From assembly GCA_965263035.1 (NCBI GenBank), contig OZ253580.1, positions 384,001 through 448,000 on the forward strand: 64,000 nt of DNA, written 5' to 3'. This DNA comes from Acidobacteriota bacterium (GTDB taxonomy: Bacteria > Acidobacteriota > UBA6911 > RPQK01 > JAJDTT01). Positions 43,637 to 54,529 of this stretch are shown here, in pieces. The notes under the pieces were generated by a model, which saw nothing but the letters and a program-made list of their open reading frames with translations, had not been told where the DNA came from and did not search any database. The translations under genes and the position numbers were made by a program. Each line of letters begins with the position of its first letter. Within the stretch, counting starts at the first letter, position 1.

Positions 43637-45139
43637 TCAATTGAACCGAATCGAATAGAGGTCGCCGTCCCGGACCAGAATCCGCAGACGAACGGCGCGG
43701 CCGGCCAAGCGGGACAGGTCCGAGCCCCGGTCCCAGGTGACGACCTGCTCGATGCTGTTGCCGTAATGCTCCACGGCCTGCATCAGACCGTATCCCGGCA
43801 AGGGATTTCCCGTTTCGTCCTGGATCTCCACTCGAACGCTTCCCGCCGCCGACGTGGCGTAGTTCATGACCAGGTTCTTGCCTCGGAAGATCAAAGGCCG
43901 GGTCACCAGTTCCCCGCCCCGGTAGGAGGCGTTGACAGAGACCAAGCCGTCGGCTCTCAGAACTCCCCGGCGCAAGTGGATGCTGGGGAGCCGGAAGTGA
44001 CGCAGGACATACACGGACATCTCATCGGACCCGGTGGACACCAGGCCGGCGGCCACGTAGTTGCTCCGGTCGGTCCAGTCGAGGGGATCCGAGCCGGGCC
44101 GGACAAAGCCTTCCAGGTAGCGCCGGTCCCAGTTCACACCGTCGCGGCTGAACATGAATACCGAGTCGGAGAGGCCGATCCCGCGCGTGGCATCGTATTT
44201 TTCGGGTAACTCGGAGCGGCGGTATTTCATCAGTCTCTTGGGAAAGGCCATGTAAATGTGCGGCGCCCTGAAATAGGGCGTCGCGGAGAAAGTGTAGAGC
44301 TGATCGGGCGGGGCGTCGCCCATGTCGATCCATTCCGGGTAGCTCCAATCGGCGAAGTCGGTGGAGGTCGTCACCCGGACGCAGCGGGTCCGCTCGCCGA
44401 GCCCCGGCGACAGGTACATGTCCCGCAGATAGGCCTGGTAACGCTCCCGCTCGGCGTCCCAGAAGATGACGTTGTGGCTGTCGAACCCGTTGATCATGGG
44501 GACCGTGGTCATGTCGTGCTTCATGAAGGGCTCGCTGCCCTTAGCCTTCCAATGGATCCCGTCGGCGGAAACGAGCAGGTAGAGCCCGCGGTTGATGCCC
44601 CCCACTCCCTTGTAGCGTTCCTCCGGCGCCACTTGCGGATTGGTGTCCCGAAAGGCGAAGAAGTTGCTGGTGGGGTTCCCCCAGTCCCCTGGGGGTCCGG
44701 TCAGGATGATGTTGTTCTCCTTGCTCCCCTGGAACTCGGCCAGGCCCAGCTTGGGCCGGGTCCAATTGGTGCCGTCGCGGCTCTCGGCATAACACGTGTT
44801 CATGGGCCACCCCTTGCCGCTGGCCGGCATGTCTCCGGCCCGCACGCAACGGTAATACATGCGGTAGAGGTCCCCATCCTGGAAGACGGTGATGTAGTGA
44901 TTGCCCGGTCCTTCCCAGGGGGCGTCGAACTTGAGTATCGGCTCGGTGAGCCGGGGCCGGTGCATGCGCAGCGAGAGACCGCCGCTCATGCTCTCGATCA
45001 GGTAGTCGTCGACGAAGGGCTCCAGGCGAGAGCCGATCTCGATGGGCTCGGTGGAAGTCTTGCCGCCCCCGCCGGCTAACGCTGCCGTTGAACAAAACAA
45101 CAAAGCAGCGAGCAGGGAAAATATCGACCGTGTCCTCAT
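43637..45139 (-). CDS. secreted beta-propeller glycoside-hydrolase-like protein
   Basis: Signal peptide, YAESRDGTNWTRP, SADGIHW, FDSHN, SRDGVNW, LRADGLVS. Confidence 0.75.
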   Translation of the reverse strand: MRTRSIFSLLAALLFCSTAALAGGGGKTSTEPIEIGSRLEPFVDDYLIESMSGGLSLRMHRPRLTEPILKFDAPWEGPGNHYITVFQDGDLYRMYYRCVRAGDMPASGKGWPMNTCYAESRDGTNWTRPKLGLAEFQGSKENNIILTGPPGDWGNPTSNFFAFRDTNPQVAPEERYKGVGGINRGLYLLVSADGIHWKAKGSEPFMKHDMTTVPMINGFDSHNVIFWDAERERYQAYLRDMYLSPGLGERTRCVRVTTSTDFADWSYPEWIDMGDAPPDQLYTFSATPYFRAPHIYMAFPKRLMKYRRSELPEKYDATRGIGLSDSVFMFSRDGVNWDRRYLEGFVRPGSDPLDWTDRSNYVAAGLVSTGSDEMSVYVLRHFRLPSIHLRRGVLRADGLVSVNASYRGGELVTRPLIFRGKNLVMNYATSAAGSVRVEIQDETGNPLPGYGLMQAVEHYGNSIEQVVTWDRGSDLSRLAGRAVRLRILVRDGDLYSIRFN

Positions 45140-45192
45140 GAGCTTACCTCCAGCATTGAGCATTCTCGCAGATCCGGGTGTCCTCCGCCGGG

Positions 45193-45627
45193 ATGAAACG
45201 GACAGGTCTTCGTCGTGGACACCAACTTCATCGTGTCCGGACTGATCGGTGCCGACCCGAGCAGCCTCCCGCACGTATCCTGGACGCCATGCTGGATGGC
45301 GATCTTCTATACCTGATGTCCAGCGTTCGGCTCGCGGAATACTCGTCCGTATTGCGCCGTCCGCGAATCGCCCGATGGCACGGCCGAGCAGACGACGAGC
45401 TGGACCGGTTGCTGACCGATTTGACGGCAAACGCCGGGTGGCGCCAGCCGTCCACGGATCCTCCAGCTCCGGAATCCGGCGACAACCATTTCTGGGCATT
45501 GCTCTCCAGCTGGCCGCATAGCCGGCTCGGTACAGGTGACCGGCTTCTCGTTGCGAACCCTCCGGCCACCGCCGTCATCGTAACTCCTCGTCAAGTGGCG
45601 GATACTTTCCTTCCAGCGAGGGAGTGA
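45193..45627 (+). pseudogene. PIN-domain toxin remnant
   Basis: VFVVDTNFIVSGLI lies in a different frame from PARILDAMLDG...GTGDRLL; no antitoxin adjacent. Confidence 0.7.
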
Positions 45628-45684
45628 GAAGTTCCGCCATCGGTTCGTGCTTGGGAGATTTCATCGGAGAGCCAAACGAATTAA

Positions 45685-45870
45685 TATTGTCGCCAGACGA
45701 TCGTGGCGCCGGTGTTCGAGCGGATCGGGAACGCGGGATTCCAGGGAATTGGAAGTGCTGGTGACACGGAGGGTGGCAAAGGAACGTTCATCGGTCTCCG
45801 GAGCGTACGACACAATAAACAGCACCTGGGGCCTAGCGGTACGGATTGTGCTGGGAGTTGACACAAGGTA
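45685..45870 (+). mobile_element. possible highly decayed IS1182-family transposase C-terminal remnant
   Basis: One frame reads YCRQTIVAPVFERIGNAGF...HN, resembling the R..IVEPVFG.IK...GF motif; weak. Confidence 0.25.
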
Positions 45871-45965
45871 CCTGAAAGTCGTCGCAGATCCGACTCCACG
45901 CCTTCGACCGAGGACGTAACCATTTAAGGGTCTCAACGAGAAGAGACCCGCAGAGGAGGCTTACG

Positions 45966-47172
45966 ATGGCAATGGGCGTACCCGTGGCAGGCACGGCGCC
46001 AGTCGCCGGATCTCGCAGAGATGCTTGGTTGTTGAACTACATCGAAAGACGGTTGCAAGACAGCGCCATCGGTTTCGAGATGACAACTTCTGACGGGAAT
46101 ACCTACCGTTTCGGCGCCGGTCCGGCCAGCTTCAGGGTAAGTATCACGCATCCGTCCGGGTTGAGGGCGATCGCCTCGCTCGACGAGGGAACCATTGCAC
46201 ACGCCTATGTCGTCGGCTGGTTCGACGTCAAGGGCGACTTCATCAAGATCTTCGATCTGCGTGAGCAGCTGCATGACCGGCACCCGTTCCATTGGCTCTG
46301 GCGGTTCATCGCGCCCTTATTAATGGGGCAGGTCGCGCTCAACATTAATGGGGCAGGTCGCGCTCAACAAGTCGGCCATCAGCCGGCACTACGAACGGGA
46401 TCCGGAGTTCTTCCTTACGTTCCTGGACGAGAGTTTCCATTGCTACACCCAGGGCGTCTTCCTGTCGCCGGATGAGGAGCTCGACGTGGCGTTTCGTCGA
46501 AAGATGGATTGTGTCGTCGAAGAATGCCGGTTGGCCCCCGGCAGCCGGGTACTGGAAGTCGGCCCTGGCTGGGGCGCATTTGCGGCGCACGCTGCGCGCA
46601 AGGGGATCGAGGTTACGGCCGTCACGATTTCCAGGCAGTCGCTCGATTTCATGAATCGGCTGACCGCCGAGGAGGGTCTGCCGATAACCATGGTGATGTC
46701 CGATTTCCTGGAGTTCGAGTCAGAGCAACAGTTCGACGCCGTCGTGGTGCTGGGAATCATGGAGCATATGCCCGACTACCCGCGCGTATTGGCGCGTATT
46801 GACCAGTTGCTGAAACCGGGTGGCCGTGTCTTTATCGACTCCGCGGCCTATACCCGGAAGTACGAGATGTCGTCGTTCATTACGCGCCAGATCTACCCCG
46901 GCAATCATTCGTTTCTCGTACTCCACGATTTCCTGAAGTCGTTGGCGTCTGCTCCGTTCGATTTGAAGGGCGTGTGGGACGACCGGATCAGCTACTACTG
47001 GACAACCGTCGGTTGGGCCAGGCGCCTCGACTCCAAAAAGGAGCTCATCATCGAAAAATTCGGCGAGGTCGAATACCGGCGTTTTCAACTCTACCTGTGG
47101 GGATCCGCGCACTGCTTCCTGCGCAACCGGTTGCAGTGCTACCGGCTGGCACTGGAGAAACACCCGTCCTGA
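45966..47172 (+). pseudogene. cyclopropane-fatty-acid-synthase-like SAM methyltransferase, frameshifted by a 25-bp tandem duplication
   Basis: ISRHYE, VLEVGPGWG, VTISRQS, MEHM, IYPG; TTAATGGGGCAGGTCGCGCTCAACA repeated at 46320-46369. Confidence 0.88.
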
Positions 47173-47301
47173 TGCGGTCTTCCGGGATTCGTGCGGAAAA
47201 GCGGCATGGAGCGAACTTCCTGCCCTTCTCCCAGGTACCGGATCCGTACGAAATCTTGCCAGGCGCCGCCGCCTTGGCCCAAAATACCGTTGGCCCCCAC
47301 C

Positions 47302-49816
47302 ATGAAGCTTCAATCCGGAACCCTCCTCATCCTGATCCTGGCCGCCTGCCCTCTGATGGGCCAGGTCCAGGATGACGCAACGGCCGACGGGTCGTTGCTC
47401 TTCCGGGAGACCATTCAGCCGATACTCCAGAACCGCTGCCTGGCTTGCCACAACCAGAAGGTTCGCAGTAGCGGCCTCTCGCTGGAGAACCGCTCGGAGA
47501 TCCTCACGGGGGGAACTCGGGGTCCCGCCATTCTGCCCGGAGACTCGGAGCAGAGCCGGCTGATCCAGGCGTTGGCCCATTCGTCCGATCTGAATATGCC
47601 TCCCGGAGGCAAGCTGCCCGAGGCGGAGATCCACGCACTGCGTCAATGGGTGGTCCTGGGGGCTCCCTGGGACGAGCCGGGCGATTCCGGCAAGGGCGGT
47701 CACTGGTCATTCCGGCCCGTACGGCGTCCCGTGCCACCGCAGGTGTCCGACGCGCAGTGGGTCCGGAATCCCATCGACCGGTTCATCCTGGAGCGGCTGG
47801 AGGAGGAGGGCCTGGAACCGTCCCCGAAAGCCCCCCGGATCACGCTGTTGCGCCGCCTCAGCCTGGATCTTCTGGGCCTGCCTCCCTCACCGGCCGCCGT
47901 CGACGGTTTCCTTGCGGACACTCGCCCCGGCGCCTACGAGCGGCTCGTGGAGCGCTTGTTGGCTTCGCCCCATTACGGAGAGCGGTGGGGCCGGCACTGG
48001 CTGGACGCGGCCCGCTACGCCGACTCCGACGGGTTCTCCGACGGACCCCGGCAGATCTGGATGTACCGCGACTGGGTGGTCCGGTCCCTGAATCGCGACC
48101 TGCCGTTCGACCGGTTCACCATCCAGCAGTTGGCAGGCGACCTGATTCCGGATGCTTCCAAGAAACAGATCGTCGCCACCGGATTCCACCGGAATACCCT
48201 CCTGAACCAGGAGGGGGGCATTGACGTGGAGCAGTATCGCGTCGAGCGGGTCGTGGACCGGGTCGAGACCACCGGAGCCACCTTTCTGGGTCTGACCGTC
48301 GGTTGCGCCCGCTGCCATGACCACAAGTACGATCCCGTCTCTCAACAGGAATTCTTCCAGCTCTATCTCTTTCTTCAACAACATCGAGGAGAGGAGCCCC
48401 GAACTGGAAAAGACGGACCGGCCCCGTCACTGGCCCTTCCTGGAGTTTGGGAGCGACGAAGAGTTCACCCGGCGAGACATCATCCGGAGTCAGGTGGCGC
48501 TCCTGGAGGAAGAGCTGAAGACCTACGAGAAGGAGCTTCTGGCCCGTTTGCCGCAATGGGAAAAGGAACTGGACCCGGAGCGGCGCCGGGCGTTCCCTCC
48601 CGAGGTTCAGAGGATTCTGGCGCTCCCGGCCGAGGAGCGGAACGAGATTCAACTCAAGACGTTGCATCTGCTCCACAAGGAACAGGATCTGGGCCATTCG
48701 ACCCGGAAGGCCGGCATCGACTCCCTGAAGCAGGCCGAACCGAAGTTGCCCAGCACCCTGGTGATGAAGGAACTGGCGGAGCCCCGGGAGGCCTATATCC
48801 ATCTGGGAGGCGAGTTCACCCGCAGGGGAGACCCGGTCCAGCCGGACGTGCCCGCCGTCCTGCCTCCGCTGAAGGCCCAATCCAGACCCAATCGGCTGGA
48901 CCTGGCGCGGTGGTTGGTGGACCCAGGACATCCTCTCACCGCCCGAGTCACGGTGAACCGCATCTGGCAACGCTACTTCGGGGCCGGCCTGGTGGACACC
49001 GAGAACGACTTCGGAATTCAGGGGACCCGTCCCTCCCACCCGGCACTCCTGGACTGGCTGGCCTCGGAACTGATTCGCAAGGATTGGAGCCTGAAGGCGA
49101 TGCACCGGCTGATCGTCACCTCGGAGGCCTACCGGCAGTCGTCCCGGCACCGGGACGATGCCGCCAAGCTGGATTCAGCCAATCGGCTGCTGGCCCGGCA
49201 ACACCGCCTGCGCCTGGAGTCGGAGGTGGTGCGGGACGTGTCCCTGGCCGCCAGCGGTCTATGGAACCGGGCCCTCGGCGGCCCCCCCGTCTTTCCTCCC
49301 CAACCTCAGGGGAGCAGCCGTCTGGGCCATTCCAAGCGAGCCTGGATGACCAGCCAGGGTGAGGACCGGTTCCGCCGGGGCCTCTACACCCATTTCTGGC
49401 GCTCGACGCCACATCCCGCCCTGATGGTCTTCGACAGTCCCAACGGAATCACCACCTGCACCCGGCGGAGCCGCTCCACCTCGCCCCTGCAGGCGCTGAC
49501 CCTGCTCAACGACGAGGCCTTCTACGAGTTCGCCCAAGGCCTTGCCCACCGGGTACTCAGGGAGGGCCCGGACCAGGACGCGGAACGCATCGACTACACC
49601 TTCCGCGTTTGTCTATCGAGACCGCCCAGCGCAGAGGAGAGCGCTCAGTTGATGCGCTTTCTGGACCACCAGAGGAACGATCTGGCACGGCGCCCGCGGG
49701 AAGCCCGATCATTGCTTTCCCTGGAATCGGAGGACGAAGATCCGCAGGAACTCGCGGCTTGGACCCTCCTCTCCAGCGTGCTCCTGAACCTGGACGAGTT
49801 CATCACCCGGGAGTGA
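47302..49816 (+). pseudogene. PSD1/DUF1549 cytochrome c protein, frameshifted
   Basis: CLACH, WLDAARYADS, CARCHDHKYDP, then +1 base near 48367 (expected LYSFFNN); continues to LNLDEFITRE. Confidence 0.88.
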
Positions 49817-49821
49817 ACCCC

Positions 49822-51273
49822 ATGCAGAGCTACGAACCCTGGCATCTTGCGGAGACACGGCGGCACTTTTTCAGCCGTTGCTCCCTCGGTTTGGGACAGG
49901 TCGCCCTGGCCTCCCTTCTCAGTGACGGGCGGCTCCTCGCCGGGAAACCGGATCTGGCGAATCCCTTGGCGGCCCGGGATCCCCATTTCCCCGCCAAAGT
50001 CCGAAACGTCATCTATCTCTACATGGTGGGAGGACCCAGCCAACTGGATCTCTTCGACCACAAGCCGAAGCTCCGGGAATTGGACAGCCAACCACTTCCC
50101 GATTCCTTCCTGAAGGACAAGCGCTTCGCTTTCATGGACTTCTTCACCAAAGAGAAACCCCGGCTTCTGGGTTCGGAACGGGAGTTCGAACCTTACGGCC
50201 AATCGGGCAAGACCATCTCCGAGTGCCTGCCCCACACCGCGTCCGTCGTCGACGACCTGGCGTTCATCTCCACCGTCTCCACCGACAACTTCAACCACGG
50301 GCCGGCCCAGATCTTCAGCAATACCGGGTCTCCGCGGCCCGGGAGCCCCAGCATGGGTTCCTGGATCAGCTACGGCCTGGGAACCGAGTCCCAGGACCTG
50401 CCCGCCTTCGTGGTCCTCCAGTCCGGCCGGCAAGGTCCCCGAGCCGGCGTCTCCAACTGGGAGAGCGGCTTTCTCCCCACCATCCACCAGGGGATCCCCT
50501 TCTTCAGCAGCGGCGATCCCATCCTGAACCTGGCGAGTCCCGCCGGTATGAGCCGGCAGCGGCAGGCGAGCCGGGTGGAGGCGATCCGCAACCTGAACCT
50601 GGCCCGGTTGGCCGAGACGGGGGATCCCGAGATCGCCACCCGGATCGCTTCCTACGAGATGGCCTACCGGATGCAGACCAGCGGTCCGGAGCTCATCGAC
50701 TACTCCAGCGAGACCCGGCAGACCCTGGACCTGTACGGTGCCGAACCGGGAGCCCGGTCATTCGCCAACAACTGCCTTTTGGCCCGGCGCCTGGTGGAGC
50801 GGGGGGTCCGTTTCGTCCAGCTCTACCACGCCGAGTGGGACCATCACGGAAACGCCCACGTGAACCTGCAGGAGGGGCTGGACAAGGTCACCAGGCAGAC
50901 CGACCGCCCCTCCGCGGCCCTGGTCCGGGACCTGAAACAACGAGGACTCCTGGATTCCACGCTGGTGGTCTGGGGAGGAGAGTTCGGCCGGACTCCCATG
51001 GGGGAGAAACGGGACTCCGTCGGACGCAACCACCACATCGACGCCTACACCATGTGGTTCGCCGGGGGCGGCATCCGGCCCGGTCAGACGATTGGAAGGA
51101 CGGACGACCTGGGCTTTTCTCCGGTGGAGGATCCGGTCCACGTCCATGACATCCACGCCACCATCCTGCATCTGCTGGGACTGGATCACACCCGGCTCAC
51201 GTTCCGTTTCCAGGGACGGGAGTTCCGTCTCACCGACGTCGCCGGCAACGTGATCGAGAAACTGTTGGCATAG
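49822..51273 (+). CDS. DUF1501 family protein
   Basis: TRRHFF, GGPSQLDLFDHKP, WDHH, WGGEFGRTP. Confidence 0.92.
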   Translation: MQSYEPWHLAETRRHFFSRCSLGLGQVALASLLSDGRLLAGKPDLANPLAARDPHFPAKVRNVIYLYMVGGPSQLDLFDHKPKLRELDSQPLPDSFLKDKRFAFMDFFTKEKPRLLGSEREFEPYGQSGKTISECLPHTASVVDDLAFISTVSTDNFNHGPAQIFSNTGSPRPGSPSMGSWISYGLGTESQDLPAFVVLQSGRQGPRAGVSNWESGFLPTIHQGIPFFSSGDPILNLASPAGMSRQRQASRVEAIRNLNLARLAETGDPEIATRIASYEMAYRMQTSGPELIDYSSETRQTLDLYGAEPGARSFANNCLLARRLVERGVRFVQLYHAEWDHHGNAHVNLQEGLDKVTRQTDRPSAALVRDLKQRGLLDSTLVVWGGEFGRTPMGEKRDSVGRNHHIDAYTMWFAGGGIRPGQTIGRTDDLGFSPVEDPVHVHDIHATILHLLGLDHTRLTFRFQGREFRLTDVAGNVIEKLLA

Positions 51274-51322
51274 GCAGGACGCACCCTTTGTCTTCACGGG
51301 CTCCGGCCGCACCACCGAGGTC

Positions 51323-52981
51323 ATGAAAGCCGCCATCTATCGGGGTATCGGGCGAATCGGTCTGCAGGAAGTGGAGCGGCTTCCCCCTCCGCCCGGATAC
51401 GTCACCATCGATACGCGGCAGACGGGCATCTGCGGCAGCGACCTCCACGTCTACCGGGGACACTGGCCTCAGCCCGCGACCTTGGCGCTGGGGCACGAGA
51501 CCTCCGGCGTCGTGGTGGAACTGGGCGAGGGGGTCTCGGGAGTCGAGCCCGGAGACCGGGTCGCCATCGAGTGCTTCTCCCACTGCGGGCGGTGCCGCTA
51601 CTGTCGGGGCGGCCACTACAATCACTGTCTGGAACGGCAATGGGTGTCGCAGGATACGCACGGAGGTTTTTCCGAGTTCACGACCGCTCATGCCTCGGCT
51701 CTCTTCCGGCTCCCTCCGGGCCTGAGCTTTGAAGAAGGGGCCCTGGTCGAGCCCCTGGCCGTGGGTTGCCGGGCGGTGGGTCAGGCAGGCGCGACCTGGC
51801 GGGATCGGGTGGCGATCCTGGGCGGCGGAACCATCGGCCAGTGCTGCCTGGCGGCGGCCAAGGCAGCCAACGTGCGGGAGACCTGGATCACCGTCAAGTA
51901 CCCGCAACAGGCCCGGCTGGCCAGAGATCTGGGCGCCGACCACGTGTTCGTGCTGGGTGGGAGCGACCTCGACGACTGGGTGAGCGATCTGGCCCGGGGT
52001 CCACGGCCGGACGCGGTGATCGAGACGGTGGGCGGAGGAGGCAATTTCGATCTCGCCCTTCAGATTGTCCGGCCCCGCGGCGTGGTGGTTCTGTTGGCCG
52101 GCTATCCGGAGCCGGTGGAGGTGGACCTGGGACGGGTTCTGGAATCCGAGGCGGTGGTAACCGGATCCCACTGCTACGCCTCGACCGGATTGGACACCGA
52201 CTTCGATCGGGTCGGGCGCAGGGGATTGCGCCCCTGCACCCTCCCACACCACCGGACGTACCGTTTTCAGTATCCGGCGGTTGGAGTCACCCGAGGCTCT
52301 TTCGAGCCTCGTACAGGGCCTTTCTTTCCGGTTTCCGCCGCCGCTGAGACTTGATCTCCGCCCTTCCGGCTTGCCGGGCTCCACCCGTGGGCCTTCCATG
52401 CCGGGTCCGAGGGGCCTCCCCCCGCCCCGTTTTCGGAGGTAGTTGCGATCCCGCTGACGAGTCCACCATAGGGCCAGTCCGACTCCTTCGGTCCTTCGCT
52501 CCACCGGCATTACCCGGCTTCTTCGCTACTACGACCTCTGCTGACTTCTCAAGGGCTCTCACCCTTGAGATCTCCCCGAGTAAGGTGCTGCATCTTTCCC
52601 CCCGGGCCGCCCGGCTCTACCTGATGCGTCTGGATGGGGTTCGGGTTTCGCTGTTGCTCGCCAGCTCACCGCCCGCACCCGGCCTCACTGCCGGTTCGTG
52701 TTCCTGCGGTCGTGGGTTTGCCTTCCGCTTCCTTCAGCTTCACCTCGCGGCTACGCCTTGCGGTTCGGCTAGGGTTGGTCCCATCACCTCCCTTGGGATC
52801 TTTCATCCCTTAGATACAGCCCATGTCGGGCGCACGAGCGGCCATCGACCTGATGGCCACCGGCCGGGTGGACGCGACCCGCCTCGTCACCCACCGGTTC
52901 CCTCTGGAAGCGGTCGAGGAAGCCTTCCGCGTCGCAGCCGACAAGTCCTCCGGGTCCATCAAGGTCCACCTCTGCCAGTGA
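51323..52981 (+). pseudogene. zinc-dependent alcohol dehydrogenase (MDR) interrupted by an antisense group II intron
   Basis: GICGSDLH, GHE, CGRCRYC...C, GGGTIG; joining 51323-52205 to 52836-52981 gives 342 aa ending DFGAAIDLMATGRVDATRLVTHRFPLEAVEEAF...IKVHLCQ. Confidence 0.92.
52206..52835 (-). mobile_element. ORF-less group IIC intron (630 nt)
   Basis: 5' end GTGCGCCCGACATGGGC; GAAGTCAGCAGAGGTCGTAGTAG DII/DIII region; domain V AACCGCCGGATACTGAAAACGGTACGTCCGGTGGT with CGC triad; domain VI ending ACCCGAT; no RT ORF. Confidence 0.93.
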
Positions 52982-53214
52982 TCCAATCGCGGCCAGCGGT
53001 CTTGGGGAAAGTCGAATGCCGCCTCCTCCCCGAAAGGATTTCGACCGTGACTTCGCCGGGTCGCCGTACGGCATGGAAACTCATTGCAGAGAACCCGCAG
53101 AATGCGGACGGTGTGGACTGGAACTCACCCCCTCTGTTCCGTCGAGAAACCTAAATAGGTATCCTTGACGACGTAGAAGGCAACAGTCCCATGCGGGTAC
53201 GACGTACTCCGGCC

Positions 53215-54528
53215 ATGACGCGAAGATCGCTGTTGACTCGCGGACTTGCGGGTCTGGCGACGGCAGCTTGGACGAGTCGACCGACTTCCGGAGCCGCACT
53301 CGCCGGAACGGCCGGGTTCGAGACGCCAACGCAAGGCGGGCACGGGGATTCACACTCCTGTCCGGCGGACAATGAGATCGTCCTGGGCATGTCCGCCGCC
53401 TTTTCCGGCCCTTCCCGGGGCTTGGGCAGCGAGCTTTACCGCGGAGCCAAAGCCTACTTCAACCACGTCAACGACAACGGCGGCGTCAACGGCTGCCAGA
53501 TCCTTCTGAAGCTCTACGACGACGGTTATCAACCGGACCCCTGCGTCCGGAACACCATGGAGATCATGCTGGAGGACCGGGTATTCCTCCTGTTCGGCTA
53601 CGTGGGAACACCGACGGTGACGCGCGTGCTGCCCCTGCTCAAGAAGTTTCAGGACGAAAGGGTCTACCTCTTCTTTCCCTTTACCGGAGCCCAGCCCCAG
53701 AGGGAACCGCCCTACGGCGACTTCGCCTTCAACCTCCGGGCGTCCTACCGGCAGGAGACCGCCGGCCTCGTCGACAACTTCCTTCGCGTCGGCAAGAAGC
53801 GCATCGCCGTGTTCTACCAGGCCGATGCCTACGGCAGAAGCGGCTGGGCGGGCGTCCGAGCGGCTCTGGCAGCCCACGGCGAGCGACTGGCCGGTGAGGC
53901 CACCTACCGCCGCGGGCAGAGGTTCACCGGCACCATGAGAGCCCAGGTCGAAATCCTCCAGGCTGCTTCCCCCGACGCCGTGATCTGCATCGGTTCGTAT
54001 GCCGCATGCGCCGCGTTCGCACGCGACGCCGTGGACCTGGGCCTTCGCGTTCCCATCGCCAACCTCTCGTTCGTGGGGAGCGAAAACCTCCTCCAATTGC
54101 TCACCGAGGGTCGCGGCGACGCCGAGAGATACACCCGGTACCTGGTCAACTCCCAGGTGGTTCCCAGCTATGAGAACACTTCCATTCCGGCGGTGCGCGA
54201 GTACCGGGAATTGATGGAACGTTACGACCCCGCCGTTCCCCGGGAGCTGGTCAAGGAACCTTACAGTCCGTTCCCCCAGAGCTTCGTCAGCCTGGAGGGA
54301 TTCCTCGACGCCAAGTTGATGGCGGAGATTCTACGGCGCATGGGGGGCGGGCACGATCGAGCCAAACTGGAGAAGGCGGTCTTCTCGGTGCGGAACTACG
54401 ACCTCGGGATCGGCGAAAAGGTCTCTTTCGGACCCGACCGCCGGCAAGGGCTTCAGACAGTCTATTACACCGTCGTCGAGGGCGGGCGCTTCGTGACTTT
54501 GGAAGACTGGCAGAGTTGGGTCTCTTGA
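53215..54528 (+). CDS. periplasmic solute-binding protein, branched-chain amino acid/LivJ-like fold, Tat leader
   Basis: MTRRSLL, GMSAAFSGP, GGVNG, DDGYQP, GYVGTPT, NLRASY, YQADAYG. Confidence 0.88.
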   Translation: MTRRSLLTRGLAGLATAAWTSRPTSGAALAGTAGFETPTQGGHGDSHSCPADNEIVLGMSAAFSGPSRGLGSELYRGAKAYFNHVNDNGGVNGCQILLKLYDDGYQPDPCVRNTMEIMLEDRVFLLFGYVGTPTVTRVLPLLKKFQDERVYLFFPFTGAQPQREPPYGDFAFNLRASYRQETAGLVDNFLRVGKKRIAVFYQADAYGRSGWAGVRAALAAHGERLAGEATYRRGQRFTGTMRAQVEILQAASPDAVICIGSYAACAAFARDAVDLGLRVPIANLSFVGSENLLQLLTEGRGDAERYTRYLVNSQVVPSYENTSIPAVREYRELMERYDPAVPRELVKEPYSPFPQSFVSLEGFLDAKLMAEILRRMGGGHDRAKLEKAVFSVRNYDLGIGEKVSFGPDRRQGLQTVYYTVVEGGRFVTLEDWQSWVS

Positions 54529-54529
54529 G

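Noticed and set aside
51230-53154. ORFs 51230-52510, 52287-52562 and 52351-53154 as an intron-encoded protein
   Set aside because: No reverse transcriptase motifs; they are translations of intron RNA and ADH alternative frames
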